From contig CAWFJP010000011.1 in the NCBI GenBank assembly GCA_963816145.1, forward strand, positions 288,001 to 352,000: a stretch of DNA of 64,000 nucleotides, given 5' to 3'. The stretch is from an uncultured delta proteobacterium. GTDB taxonomy: Bacteria; Desulfobacterota; Binatia; UBA9968. The notes beneath the pieces are model-generated. The model was not told the DNA's origin. It was given only the letters and a program-made list of their open reading frames with translations, and searched no databases. Of this stretch, positions 48,991 to 58,039 are shown piece by piece (the stretch's first letter is position 1; each line of letters begins with the position of its first letter). The position numbers and the translations under genes were made by a program.

Positions 48991-49438
48991 TGATGGTCCG
49001 CTGGCGTGTTTGGACGCCAACGTCTTTCTCGCCGCGCTGATTCCGGAAGCGACCAAAGCTCCCAAGGACGAGATATTAGGTTCGGCGCGGGTACTCAGGG
49101 CGCTCGAAGAAGGGCGCTTGCGGTGCGTATCCACGGCGATCCTCCTGGGTGAAGTCCGTTATGTCTATCTTCGCGAGGATAAAGCAGGTTTTGAAATCGC
49201 CAGAGCAGCGATCGAAGCGGAGACCGGCATGCGCTTGTTAAGCGTGACCGCATCGTTGGCCATTCACGCCGCCGAGTTACGCCGAAAATACTATTCGAAA
49301 AAGAACGCTTTTTCCTACAACGATGCCCTTTATCTAGCGACGGGATTAGCGGAACACGCCGAGCTGCTGATTACCACCGACCCGCATCTGTTGAACGTTG
49401 CCGAACTGAAGACGTTACGGCCAAGCCAGTACCGTTAA
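48977..49438 (+). CDS. PIN-domain (VapC) toxin
   Basis: CLDANVF, S...L.EV, SYNDALYLAT and LITTD motifs; overlaps the antitoxin gene. Confidence 0.88.
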   Translation: MSEANDGPLACLDANVFLAALIPEATKAPKDEILGSARVLRALEEGRLRCVSTAILLGEVRYVYLREDKAGFEIARAAIEAETGMRLLSVTASLAIHAAELRRKYYSKKNAFSYNDALYLATGLAEHAELLITTDPHLLNVAELKTLRPSQYR

Positions 49439-49844
49439 AAGCTGTTAGCAAAAGAAACTCAACAATTCGCGAGTCGCCTCGGTCACCAGCGATGGCCAAT
49501 CACCCCAAGCTAATACAGACGAAATCACCCGCACCTGGTGCTCTTCGAGGCTAATCGGATAATCCAGTCGACAGAGGTGTGAAGCAGCAAATAGGATTCG
49601 CTGAGAGCCGACTGTCAAACCCGTGTCGTCGAACTGATGGTCGTCTCCAAAAAAGACGTGGAACATGCGTCGAAAAGCTCGGCTTGAACGAATTTTTGGC
49701 AAAACTCTCAAGCCGCGCTCCATTCGGCCCGCGCGTGTCGAAGCCCGCCGAGCGTGTATTTCGGCATCGTGCTACCAATTTGAGCGCTCGAACAAACCAC
49801 GCCTCCCATGCTACAAGTGGATCAGTGTGAACCGCAGGTAAATA

Positions 49845-52781
49845 ATGAATTTTAGAGACTTGCCGGTAATTCGCTACTTCGCCGGGCGCCAGCGCGGCCG
49901 GCTGATGCGCGATTACTTTTTGATCTCGGTATTGCTGGTCGGCAGCGGGCTGGTGACCAGCGGCGCCATCGAGATCTACTACCGCTATCTCGAAAGCCAG
50001 GAGACCCTGGCACTGTTGCAGCGCGAGGTCGCCGCCGGCGCCGCTTTCAAGATCGAGAACTTCGTCCAAGATATTCACAGCACGCTGCGCGGCGCCACGC
50101 GCAGCCGGGAGATCGCGCCCAAGGGGCTGACCAACGATTTTCGTTTCGAGTTGGAAAAGCTTTTATTGATCGCACCGTCGATCACCGAGGCGATCGCGCT
50201 CAATCAAGACGGCGGCATCCAGGTCCAAGCATCTCGACTGCGCACGGTGCTGCCTGACGTCAAACGCGACTTCGCCAATTCACCGCCATTCCTCCAGGCC
50301 AAAAAAGGTCAATCCTACTTCGGCCCGGTTTACTTTGTGCGCGGCTCAGAGCCCTACATGACCATCGCCGTGCCCATCGAACGCTTCGCCGGCGACGTCA
50401 TCGGCGTGCTCCAGGCTGAGGTCAATCTCAAATACATCGGCGACGTGGTGTCGAATTTGAAAATCGGCCAAGCCGGCTACGCCTACGTCATCAGCCGCAG
50501 CGGCGAACTGATCGCCCACCCCGATATCAGTTTGGTCTTGCAGCGGCGTAACGTCGCCAAGTTGGAATCGACCAAAGCCGCTTTCACCCCGGCCGACCAA
50601 AGGCCAAAGCGCCAAGCTCTGGTCACGCCCAACGTCCAAGGCAAAAAAGTCTTGACCGCCTCGGCTCAAGTGAGCGGACTCGATTGGGCGGTCATCGTCG
50701 ACCGGCCGGTGGAAGAGGCCTATGAGCCGCTTTACGCGTCGGTCTTGCGCACCTCCACCGTGCTGCTATTCGGCCTCGGACTGGCGCTCATGGCGAGTCT
50801 GTTCATCGGCCGGCGCGTCGTCCGGCCGGTCGGCATCCTGCGCGAGGGGGTCGAGCGCATCGGCAAAGGCGATCTGAGCCATCGGTTGGATCTCAAAACC
50901 GGTGACGAGATCGAAGTCCTGGCCGACGAATTTAACAAAATGACTTCCCAGCTCCAGGAGTCCTACAGCAACTTGGAGCAAAAGGTCGAAGACCGCACCA
51001 AGGAATTGACCGAGTCGCTGGAGCAGCAGACCGCCACCAGCGAGATCCTGGGCGTCATCGCCAGCTCGCCGACCGACATCCAACCGGTGCTCGATGTCGT
51101 GGCTGAGAGAGCCGCGCGCTTGTGCGACGCCAGCGACGCGCAAATCCTGCGCATCAACGGTGAAATAATTCGCTGCGTCGCGGGCTTCGGCTCGCTGCCG
51201 GCGGTGCAAGACACACCGCTCAAACGCACTTGGCCCGGCAGCCGGGCGATCATCGACCGGGACACGATTCATATTCACGATCTCGCCGCGGTGGTCGATA
51301 CGGAATACCCGGATGTCAAAGCGTTTCAGCAACAGTGGGGGCACCGCACCGTGCTGGCGACGCCGTTGTTACGCGAAGGCATTCCGATCGGCGCGATTCT
51401 AATCCGGCGCATGGAAGTGCGGCCGTTCAGCGAAAAGCAGATCGCCTTACTGAGAACTTTCGCGGACCAAGCGGTGATCGCCATCGAAAACGTCCGGCTA
51501 TTCCAAGAATTGGAAACCAGAAACCGTGAAGTGACGGAATCTTTAGAGCAACAGACCGCGACCAGCGAGATCTTGGGCGTCATCGCCAGCTCGCCGAGCG
51601 ATCTGCATCCGGTCTACCAAACCATACTCGCCAACATCACGCGCCTGTGCGAGTCCAACATCGCCGCGCTGTTTCTGTGGGACGGCCAGACCCTGAGCAC
51701 CGCGGAAAGCTACGGCACCACCGAGGCGTTCGCCGCGCACTTGAGAAGCAGCCGTCCCCGTCCAGGTCATGAAACTTCCACGCGGTTGGCCGCCCTCGAA
51801 GGGCGCATCGTTCATGTCCTCGACCTATTGAACGACCCAGCCTTCGCGCCGAACCCGCGTGAACTCTATGAGCAGGAAAACGTCCGCACGGTAATTTCGG
51901 TGCCGATGCTACGGGAAAATCAATTGGTCGGAGTCATGACGACCTGGCGGCGCGAGAGCAGAGCGTTCAGCGACAAGCAGATCGCCTTGCTCAAAACCTT
52001 CGCCGATCAGGCGGTGATCGCCATCGAAAACGTCCGCCTGTTCCGCGAGCTCGGTGAGAAGAACGACCAGTTGGAAGCCGCCAACAAACACAAATCTCAG
52101 TTCTTGGCCAATGTCAGCCACGAGCTGCGCACGCCCTTGAACTCGATCATCGGCTTCACCCGCATCGTGCTGCGCCGCACCGAGGGTAAGATCGATCAAC
52201 TGCAAAAAGACAATTTGCAAAAAGTACTGGTCAGCTCCGAGCACCTGTTGAGCCTGATCAACGAACTGCTCGATCTGGCCAAAATCGAAGCCGGGCGCAT
52301 GGATGTTTACTCTGAGAACTTCAAGCTCGAAGAAGTCATGCGCATCGCCACCGCCACCGTCGAGCCCTTGCTCAAAAACGGCAACGTCAAGCTGGTTACG
52401 GAAATGCCGCCGGACTTGCCGCCACTCAAATCCGACCGCGACAAGTTGAAGCAGATTGTTTTGAATCTGCTCAGCAACTCGGCCAAATTCACTGAAAAAG
52501 GCGAGATCAAAGTCGCCGCCGTGCGCGACGACGGCATGCTCCGGCTCACGGTCTCGGACACCGGTATCGGCATGAATGCCGAAGCCCTGAAATACATCTT
52601 CGACGAGTTCCGCCAGGTCGACATGTCGACGACCCGAAAGTACGGCGGCACCGGCCTCGGCCTCGCCATCGTCAGACGTCTCGCCCAGCTCCTCGGCGGC
52701 GACATCACCGTCGCCAGCGAAGAAGGCAAAGGCTCCCAGTTCACCGTGACCATACCGATGGAGCTGAAAATACAATCGTGA
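49845..52781 (+). CDS. membrane sensor histidine kinase (Cache-HAMP-GAF-GAF-HisKA-HATPase)
   Basis: Two TM helices flank a Cache domain (YAYVI..G.LIAHPD); HAMP (GDEI..LA..FN.M); two GAFs ending FADQAVIAIENVRLF; SHELRTPL, NLLSNSAKF, DTGIG and GGTGLGL boxes. Confidence 0.93.
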   Translation: MNFRDLPVIRYFAGRQRGRLMRDYFLISVLLVGSGLVTSGAIEIYYRYLESQETLALLQREVAAGAAFKIENFVQDIHSTLRGATRSREIAPKGLTNDFRFELEKLLLIAPSITEAIALNQDGGIQVQASRLRTVLPDVKRDFANSPPFLQAKKGQSYFGPVYFVRGSEPYMTIAVPIERFAGDVIGVLQAEVNLKYIGDVVSNLKIGQAGYAYVISRSGELIAHPDISLVLQRRNVAKLESTKAAFTPADQRPKRQALVTPNVQGKKVLTASAQVSGLDWAVIVDRPVEEAYEPLYASVLRTSTVLLFGLGLALMASLFIGRRVVRPVGILREGVERIGKGDLSHRLDLKTGDEIEVLADEFNKMTSQLQESYSNLEQKVEDRTKELTESLEQQTATSEILGVIASSPTDIQPVLDVVAERAARLCDASDAQILRINGEIIRCVAGFGSLPAVQDTPLKRTWPGSRAIIDRDTIHIHDLAAVVDTEYPDVKAFQQQWGHRTVLATPLLREGIPIGAILIRRMEVRPFSEKQIALLRTFADQAVIAIENVRLFQELETRNREVTESLEQQTATSEILGVIASSPSDLHPVYQTILANITRLCESNIAALFLWDGQTLSTAESYGTTEAFAAHLRSSRPRPGHETSTRLAALEGRIVHVLDLLNDPAFAPNPRELYEQENVRTVISVPMLRENQLVGVMTTWRRESRAFSDKQIALLKTFADQAVIAIENVRLFRELGEKNDQLEAANKHKSQFLANVSHELRTPLNSIIGFTRIVLRRTEGKIDQLQKDNLQKVLVSSEHLLSLINELLDLAKIEAGRMDVYSENFKLEEVMRIATATVEPLLKNGNVKLVTEMPPDLPPLKSDRDKLKQIVLNLLSNSAKFTEKGEIKVAAVRDDGMLRLTVSDTGIGMNAEALKYIFDEFRQVDMSTTRKYGGTGLGLAIVRRLAQLLGGDITVASEEGKGSQFTVTIPMELKIQS

Positions 52782-52804
52782 GGGGTCAAGGGTAAAGGGT
52801 TAGG
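52777..52804. repeat. left heptamer arm flanking the four-helix-bundle gene
   Basis: CGTGAGG GGTCAAG GGTAAAG GGTTAGG; contains the kinase stop codon. Confidence 0.8.
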
Positions 52805-52819
52805 CGTTCAGATAGATTC

Positions 52820-53185
52820 ATGGAGAAACCGCATAAGAAACTCGATGCGTGGAAAGTAGCAATGGACCTAGTCCTTGATATTTATCGTTCGATTGAAACA
52901 TTTCCCAAAGATGAAAAATACGGTCTCGTCGATCAGATTCGTAGAGCAACGATCAGCGTTCCAAGCAATATCGCAGAGGGTGCGGCGAGGCAGACAAAAA
53001 AAGAATTTGCGCAGTTTCTTCATATCGCCCAAGCATCGCTCAGTGAGTTGGATACTCAGGTCGAGCTGGCGCGCCGCCTCGGATATCTAAGTGAATCTAG
53101 TTGGCAAGATCTCGACTTGAAAATGGATAGAATCGACAAGTTGGTCACGGGACTTATCAATCACCTAAACAAGACTGAAAGGTAA
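52820..53185 (+). CDS. four helix bundle protein (23S rRNA IVS protein family)
   Basis: L.AW..AM.L, FP.DEKYGL..QIRRA..SVPSNIAEG..R and F..FL.IA..SL.EL.TQ pattern. Confidence 0.92.
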   Translation: MEKPHKKLDAWKVAMDLVLDIYRSIETFPKDEKYGLVDQIRRATISVPSNIAEGAARQTKKEFAQFLHIAQASLSELDTQVELARRLGYLSESSWQDLDLKMDRIDKLVTGLINHLNKTER

Positions 53186-53221
53186 AAGCGGGCCTAAGGC
53201 ATAGGGCGGCGTCCGAGATCG

Positions 53222-53249
53222 CCTTACCCCTTACCATTCACCCCTTACG
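53222..53249. repeat. right heptamer arm flanking the four-helix-bundle gene
   Basis: CCTTACC CCTTACC ATTCACC CCTTACG, inverted relative to 52777-52804. Confidence 0.8.
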
Positions 53250-53270
53250 AATCAGTCTAAAGGAGCCTCC

Positions 53271-53636
53271 ATGGCAAAGAAAAAGATATTGGTCGTCGAC
53301 GACACTGAATTTAACCGCGACCTGGTCGTGCAACTGCTGGAAGAGGACTACGACATGGTGATCGCGGAAAATGGCGCGGAGGCTTTGACTGTAAGCGCGA
53401 AGGAACGGCCGGATTTGATCTTGATGGATCTGGGCATGCCGGTGATGGACGGCTGGGAAGCGACCCGGCGGCTCAAGGCTAACGACGAATTGAAAAATAT
53501 TCCGGTCATCGCCGTTACTTCCCATGCCATGGTCGGCGACGAGATCGAAGCACGCAAAGCCGGCTGCGACGATTATCTGCCCAAACCCATCGACGACGAA
53601 CTGCTGATGAAGAAGATCAAAAACTTCATCGGATGA
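53271..53636 (+). CDS. single-domain response regulator (DivK-like)
   Basis: ILVVDD, PDLILMD..MP.MDGWEAT, VIAVT.HAM.GD and AGCDDY..KP motifs. Confidence 0.92.
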   Translation: MAKKKILVVDDTEFNRDLVVQLLEEDYDMVIAENGAEALTVSAKERPDLILMDLGMPVMDGWEATRRLKANDELKNIPVIAVTSHAMVGDEIEARKAGCDDYLPKPIDDELLMKKIKNFIG

Positions 53637-53678
53637 TGCCATTATAGATTTTCGAATTGAGTTTGGCGGAACCAAAGT

Positions 53679-54779
53679 GTGACGGTGGCGGCTCGGTTAA
53701 CAATTTTGCAGTATGATTTACGCACTCCGCAGTTTGTAGATCCGATTAGGCAATGGGCCGCTCGGTTGTTTCCGAACTCCGACAATCCAAAATCCAAACT
53801 CCAAAATCTAAAATTGTTGAAGTTCTTTGCAATCGTTTTCCTTATCCTCCTCGGCAACACAGTCGCGGCACAGAACCCATCAAAGCTCTCTAAGATCGGC
53901 TGGCTCTCCGCCGTCTCCGGTCGCAGCCGAGGGCAAGAGGAAATTATTAGTCGGCTCCGCGAGCTCGGCTATGTCGAGGGCAAGACTGTCGTTTACGAAT
54001 TTCGCTACGCCGACACCAAGCTCGACCGTCTTCCCGCACTCGCTGGCGAGCTGGTTCGTCTTAAGGTCGATGTACTCATCGCCCCTGGTACCCCCGGCGC
54101 CCTGGCTTTGAAGAAGGCTACCAAGACGATCCCGATCGTTTTTGCCGACGTGACCGATCCGGTCGCTGCCGGATTGGTCGACAGCCTGGCCCATCCCGGC
54201 GGCAACATCACCGGCTTCAGCAGCGTCGAGTCCCTGCTCGCCGGCAAACGGTTGGAGATTCTGAAAGAAACCGTTGCAAAACTCACCCACGTTGCGGTGC
54301 TATGGGATCCACGCAATCCGAGCTCGAAGCTAGAGTGGCAAGACAGCCAGGTGGCGGCGCGCGAACTCGGCTTGCAACTTTACTCGCTGGAAGTCAGCAG
54401 CGCCGACAAGTACGAGAGCGCGTTGCGCGAGGCAAGCAAGTCCCATAGCGGCGCACTCTCCGTGCTGTCGACCCCATTGGCCGCCGCCCAACAAGAACAA
54501 ATCGTCGGCCTGGCGATGAAATACCGCCTGCCGGCGATTTATGTTCAAGAAAACTTCATCACCAGCGGCGGATTAATGTCCTATGGACCGAATCAAAGCG
54601 AACGCTACAAGCGCATCGCGGTTTTTATCGACAAGATTTTAAAGGGCGCCAAGCCCGCCGACCTCCCCGTCGAGCAGCCGACCAAATTTGAATTCATCAT
54701 CAATCTCAAGGCTGCGAAGCAAATCGGATTAACGATCCCGCCTAATGTTTTGGTCAGAGCGAACCGGGTGATTCAGTGA
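53679..54779 (+). CDS. ABC_sub_bind substrate-binding protein (true start probably further downstream)
   Basis: LGYVEGK, DPVAAGLVDSLAHPGGNITG and RANRVIQ tail. Confidence 0.88.
   Translation: MTVAARLTILQYDLRTPQFVDPIRQWAARLFPNSDNPKSKLQNLKLLKFFAIVFLILLGNTVAAQNPSKLSKIGWLSAVSGRSRGQEEIISRLRELGYVEGKTVVYEFRYADTKLDRLPALAGELVRLKVDVLIAPGTPGALALKKATKTIPIVFADVTDPVAAGLVDSLAHPGGNITGFSSVESLLAGKRLEILKETVAKLTHVAVLWDPRNPSSKLEWQDSQVAARELGLQLYSLEVSSADKYESALREASKSHSGALSVLSTPLAAAQQEQIVGLAMKYRLPAIYVQENFITSGGLMSYGPNQSERYKRIAVFIDKILKGAKPADLPVEQPTKFEFIINLKAAKQIGLTIPPNVLVRANRVIQ
53784..53814. repeat. tandem heptamers AATCCAA
   Basis: AATCCAA AATCCAA ACTCCAA AATCTAA AAT; degenerate complementary arm at about 53641-53666. 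Confidence 0.7.
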
Positions 54780-54861
54780 TAGGCTACACCAAATTCCAGC
54801 CAGACTTACCGTCGGAACGAGTGCGCTCAAAGAACCCCAGCCAAAAGTAAGGACCCAGATA

Positions 54862-55847
54862 TTGCTAAAAAAACTATCGTTGTCAGTGCTCGTTGTTTCT
54901 CGTGCTCATAATTGCTGAATCGGCCCAAGCGCAGCAGGTTAAGATCCCCCGATTGGGATTTCTCATCGCCAGTTCGGCGCCGGTGCAAAAGCCGCGCTTG
55001 GAAGCGTTCCGCCAGGGGTTGCAGGCGCTGGGCTACGTTGAAGGCAAGAATATTCTGATCGATTACCGCTACGCCGAGGGCAAACCAGAGCGCTTGCCCG
55101 TCGTTGGCGGCGGAGCTGCTGCAACTGAATGTCGACATCATCGTTGCCGCTGGCGGTTCGCCGCCGGCGCAGGCGGCTAAGAACGCCACCAAAACGATCC
55201 CCATCGTCATGACCAATCCAGCCGATGCCGTCGGCGACGGACTAGTCGCCAGCCTGGCCCACCCCGGCGGTAATGTTACCGGCATCAGCACGTTTGCGCC
55301 GGAGTTGAGCGGCAAGCGGCTGGAGCTCCTTAAAGAGATGTTGCCGGGAATTTCCCGGGTGGCGGTGCTGGCCAATCGGGAGTTTCAAGGTTACGGGGCG
55401 CAGGCCAAAGAGATCGAAGCCGCGGCCCACGCTTTGGCGCTCAATTTAAAATTCGTCGAGGTGCGCGGAGCCAATGATCTCGACAACGCCTTCGCGGCGA
55501 TCTCGACGGCGCGCAGCGGCGCCATCCTGACCTTGAGCGATCCGGTGACTTTCACTCTGTTAAAACGCATCGTCGAAATGTCGATCAAGAATCGCGTGCC
55601 GTCCATGCATTTGCAGGCGGAGTACGCCGAAGCCGGCGGCATGGTTGCCTATGGACCGAGCTACGCCGAGCTGTACCGCCGCGCCGCGACCTACGTCGAT
55701 AAGATCCTCAAAGGTACGCCGCCGTCCGACCTGCCGGTCGAACAGCCGACCAAGTTTGAATTCATCGTGAATTTGAAAACCGCCAAGCAGATCGGCGTGA
55801 CAATTCCACCGAACCTACTCGTGCGGGCAGATCGGGTCATCAAATAG
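54862..55847 (+). CDS. ABC_sub_bind substrate-binding protein, frameshifted (near 54892 and 55098)
   Basis: ORFs 54893-55180 and 55104-55847 join into one typical protein if one C is removed from ttgcccgtcg. Confidence 0.85.
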
Positions 55848-55853
55848 CAGTGT

Positions 55854-55962
55854 TGAGGACTGAGTCAATGAGGACTGAGCTAAATTCATCTGAACGGCGA
55901 AACGGACCGGCTGACGTGTCACGACCAAGAACCTCAGCGCTCGTCGCTCGTTACTCAGTCCT
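55854..55962. repeat. degenerate inverted heptamer element overlapping an SBP 5' end
   Basis: TGAGGACTGAG..TGAGGACTGAG ... CTCAGCGCTC..ACTCAGTCCT. Confidence 0.6.
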
Positions 55963-56920
55963 TTGCGTTGCGCTTAGCGCTTTGCTCTTGCCTTTTGGCT
56001 CCCCCACCAAGGCGCAGCAGCCCGGTAAAGTTCCGCGCGTCGGTATGCTCTTCATCGGTGGCCGTGACCAGCCGCACCTGGAATCGTTCAAGCAAGTCCT
56101 GCGCGAGCGCGGCTATATCGAGGGCAAGAATATCCGTTTCGAATACCGCTATGCCGAAGGCAAAGAGGATCGGCTCGATCAACTCGCCGCCGAGCTGGTT
56201 CGGGACAAAGTCGACGTGATCGTGACCACGGCATCGATCAGCGCGCTGGCGGCGCGCAAGGCGAGCCACTCGATACCGATCGTGATGACCAGCGGCAATC
56301 CGTTGGAGATGGGGCTGGCCAAGAGCCTGGCGCAGCCCGGCGGCAACGTCACGGGTCTCACGGTGATGCTGTCGGACTTGAGTAGCAAGCGATTGGAGAT
56401 CCTCAAAGACACTTTGCCCAAGATGACCCGCGTGGCCGTGCTCTGGACGCCACAGAACCGGGAATCCAGCATAGGGTTTGATGAAACGGCAGCGGCGGCA
56501 AAAGCCTTTTCCCTGCAGCTGCAAGCAGCGCCGATTCAATCCGCCAATGACTTGAACCAGGCGTTTGCGGAGATGTCCAAAGCCCAGGTCGGCGGTTTAG
56601 CCGTAATCTTATCGCCGCTCGCGACGCTCCACTCCAAACGCATTGTCGAGCTCGCTACCAAACACCGCGTGGCTGGGATATATCCGACTCGCCAATTCGC
56701 CGAGGAAGGCGGCCTGATGGCATACGGTCCCCTGATCGGCGACCTCTACCGGCGCGCCGCTGTGTATGTCGACAAGATTTTAAAAGGCGCCAAACCGGCT
56801 GATCTTCCGGTCGAGCAACCGATGAAGTTCGAATTCATCGTCAACCTCAAAACCGCCAAGCAGATCGGCGTGACGGTTCCGCCCAACGTGTTGGTGCGGG
56901 CGGATCGGGTGATCAGATAG
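55868..56920 (+). CDS. ABC_sub_bind substrate-binding protein
   Basis: GYIEGKNI.FEYRYAEG, SLAQPGGNVTG and RADRVIR tail. Confidence 0.9.
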   Translation: MRTELNSSERRNGPADVSRPRTSALVARYSVLCVALSALLLPFGSPTKAQQPGKVPRVGMLFIGGRDQPHLESFKQVLRERGYIEGKNIRFEYRYAEGKEDRLDQLAAELVRDKVDVIVTTASISALAARKASHSIPIVMTSGNPLEMGLAKSLAQPGGNVTGLTVMLSDLSSKRLEILKDTLPKMTRVAVLWTPQNRESSIGFDETAAAAKAFSLQLQAAPIQSANDLNQAFAEMSKAQVGGLAVILSPLATLHSKRIVELATKHRVAGIYPTRQFAEEGGLMAYGPLIGDLYRRAAVYVDKILKGAKPADLPVEQPMKFEFIVNLKTAKQIGVTVPPNVLVRADRVIR

Positions 56921-56970
56921 GCGTGAGCCATGAGGCGCGAGGCTTGAGTTAAATCCGCGGAGTGAAATTC

Positions 56971-57946
56971 ATGATGCAAAAAATATGTGGCTTGTTAATG
57001 GCAACTGTGTTGCTATCACCCGTTTCTGGTGCCGCCGCGCAGCCGGAGAAAATCCCGCGCATCGGTGTAATCCATATGGGCGGCGTGCTTGGCACGGTGG
57101 CCGACGGCTTGCGCGCGGGGCTGAAAGAGTTGGGGATTGAAGATGGCAAACAGATCGTCCTGGACGTCCAGGATCTCAAGGGCGACGCCAAGGGTGCCGA
57201 AAGCCTGGCGCAAAAGTTTGAGCAGGACAAGGTCAAATTGATTTTCACCAACACCCAGCCGGTGACTACGGCAGCGATGAAGGCGACCAAGAATGTGCCG
57301 ATCGTGTTTGCCGTCGGCACCGATCCAGTGGCACACGGTTACGTTCAGAGCTTCGCCAGACCGGGCAGCCGGCTCACCGGCATCCACTACCTGGCGCGAG
57401 ATCTCACCGACAAGCGCCTGGAGATTCTTAAAGAGTTTCTCCCCAAACTGCGCACGATAGTCACATTCTACGATCCGAACGAATGACGTCTCGGTCCAAG
57501 CCGCAAAAATCGGACGCGACGAGGCGCAGAGGCAAAATGTCAAATTCATCGAGCGAAAAATCAAGTCCATTGACGAACTCAAAGCCGAGCTCGACGGCGT
57601 CAAGGCCGGCGAGTTCGATGCCTACCTATATGTCGCCGACGCCAGAGTGGCGAGCCAGGCGCAGCTCGTCATCGATACAGCGAGCGCCAAGAAATTGCCG
57701 ACCATGTTTCACGATCAGGCTTTGGTCGCGAGCGGCGCCCTGGCGAGCTATGGCCAGAGTTATTTCGAGATCGGCCGGCGCTCGGCGAAGTACGTGCGCC
57801 AGATTCTCAACGGCGTTTCACCCGCCGATCAGCGAGTGGAGACCATCGAAGATGTCGAGCTCGCGTTTAACTTGAAAACCGCCAAGGAAATCGGCGTGAC
57901 GATCCCGCCGAACGTGCTCACGCGCGCGGCCAAGGTGGTGCGGTGA
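56971..57946 (+). CDS. ABC_sub_bind substrate-binding protein, frameshifted at about 57481
   Basis: ORF 56962-57486 continues in the frame of 57647-57946 after removing one G (gatccgaac-g-aatgac). Confidence 0.85.
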
Positions 57947-58039
57947 TTAGCCACACGTGAACAACCGTCACACCGGCGCTCTGCAATCTTTGTCCGACAA
58001 TTCAAAATCGAAACAATTCAAAATGGTAATGGGTGATTT

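Noticed and set aside
49440-49830. ORFs in the spacer between the second TA pair and the kinase
   Set aside because: No recognisable motifs or RBS; cannot be supported as genes
52820-53185. Diversity-generating retroelement (Avd-like gene)
   Set aside because: No reverse transcriptase and no template/variable repeat pair with A-specific mismatches was seen in the window
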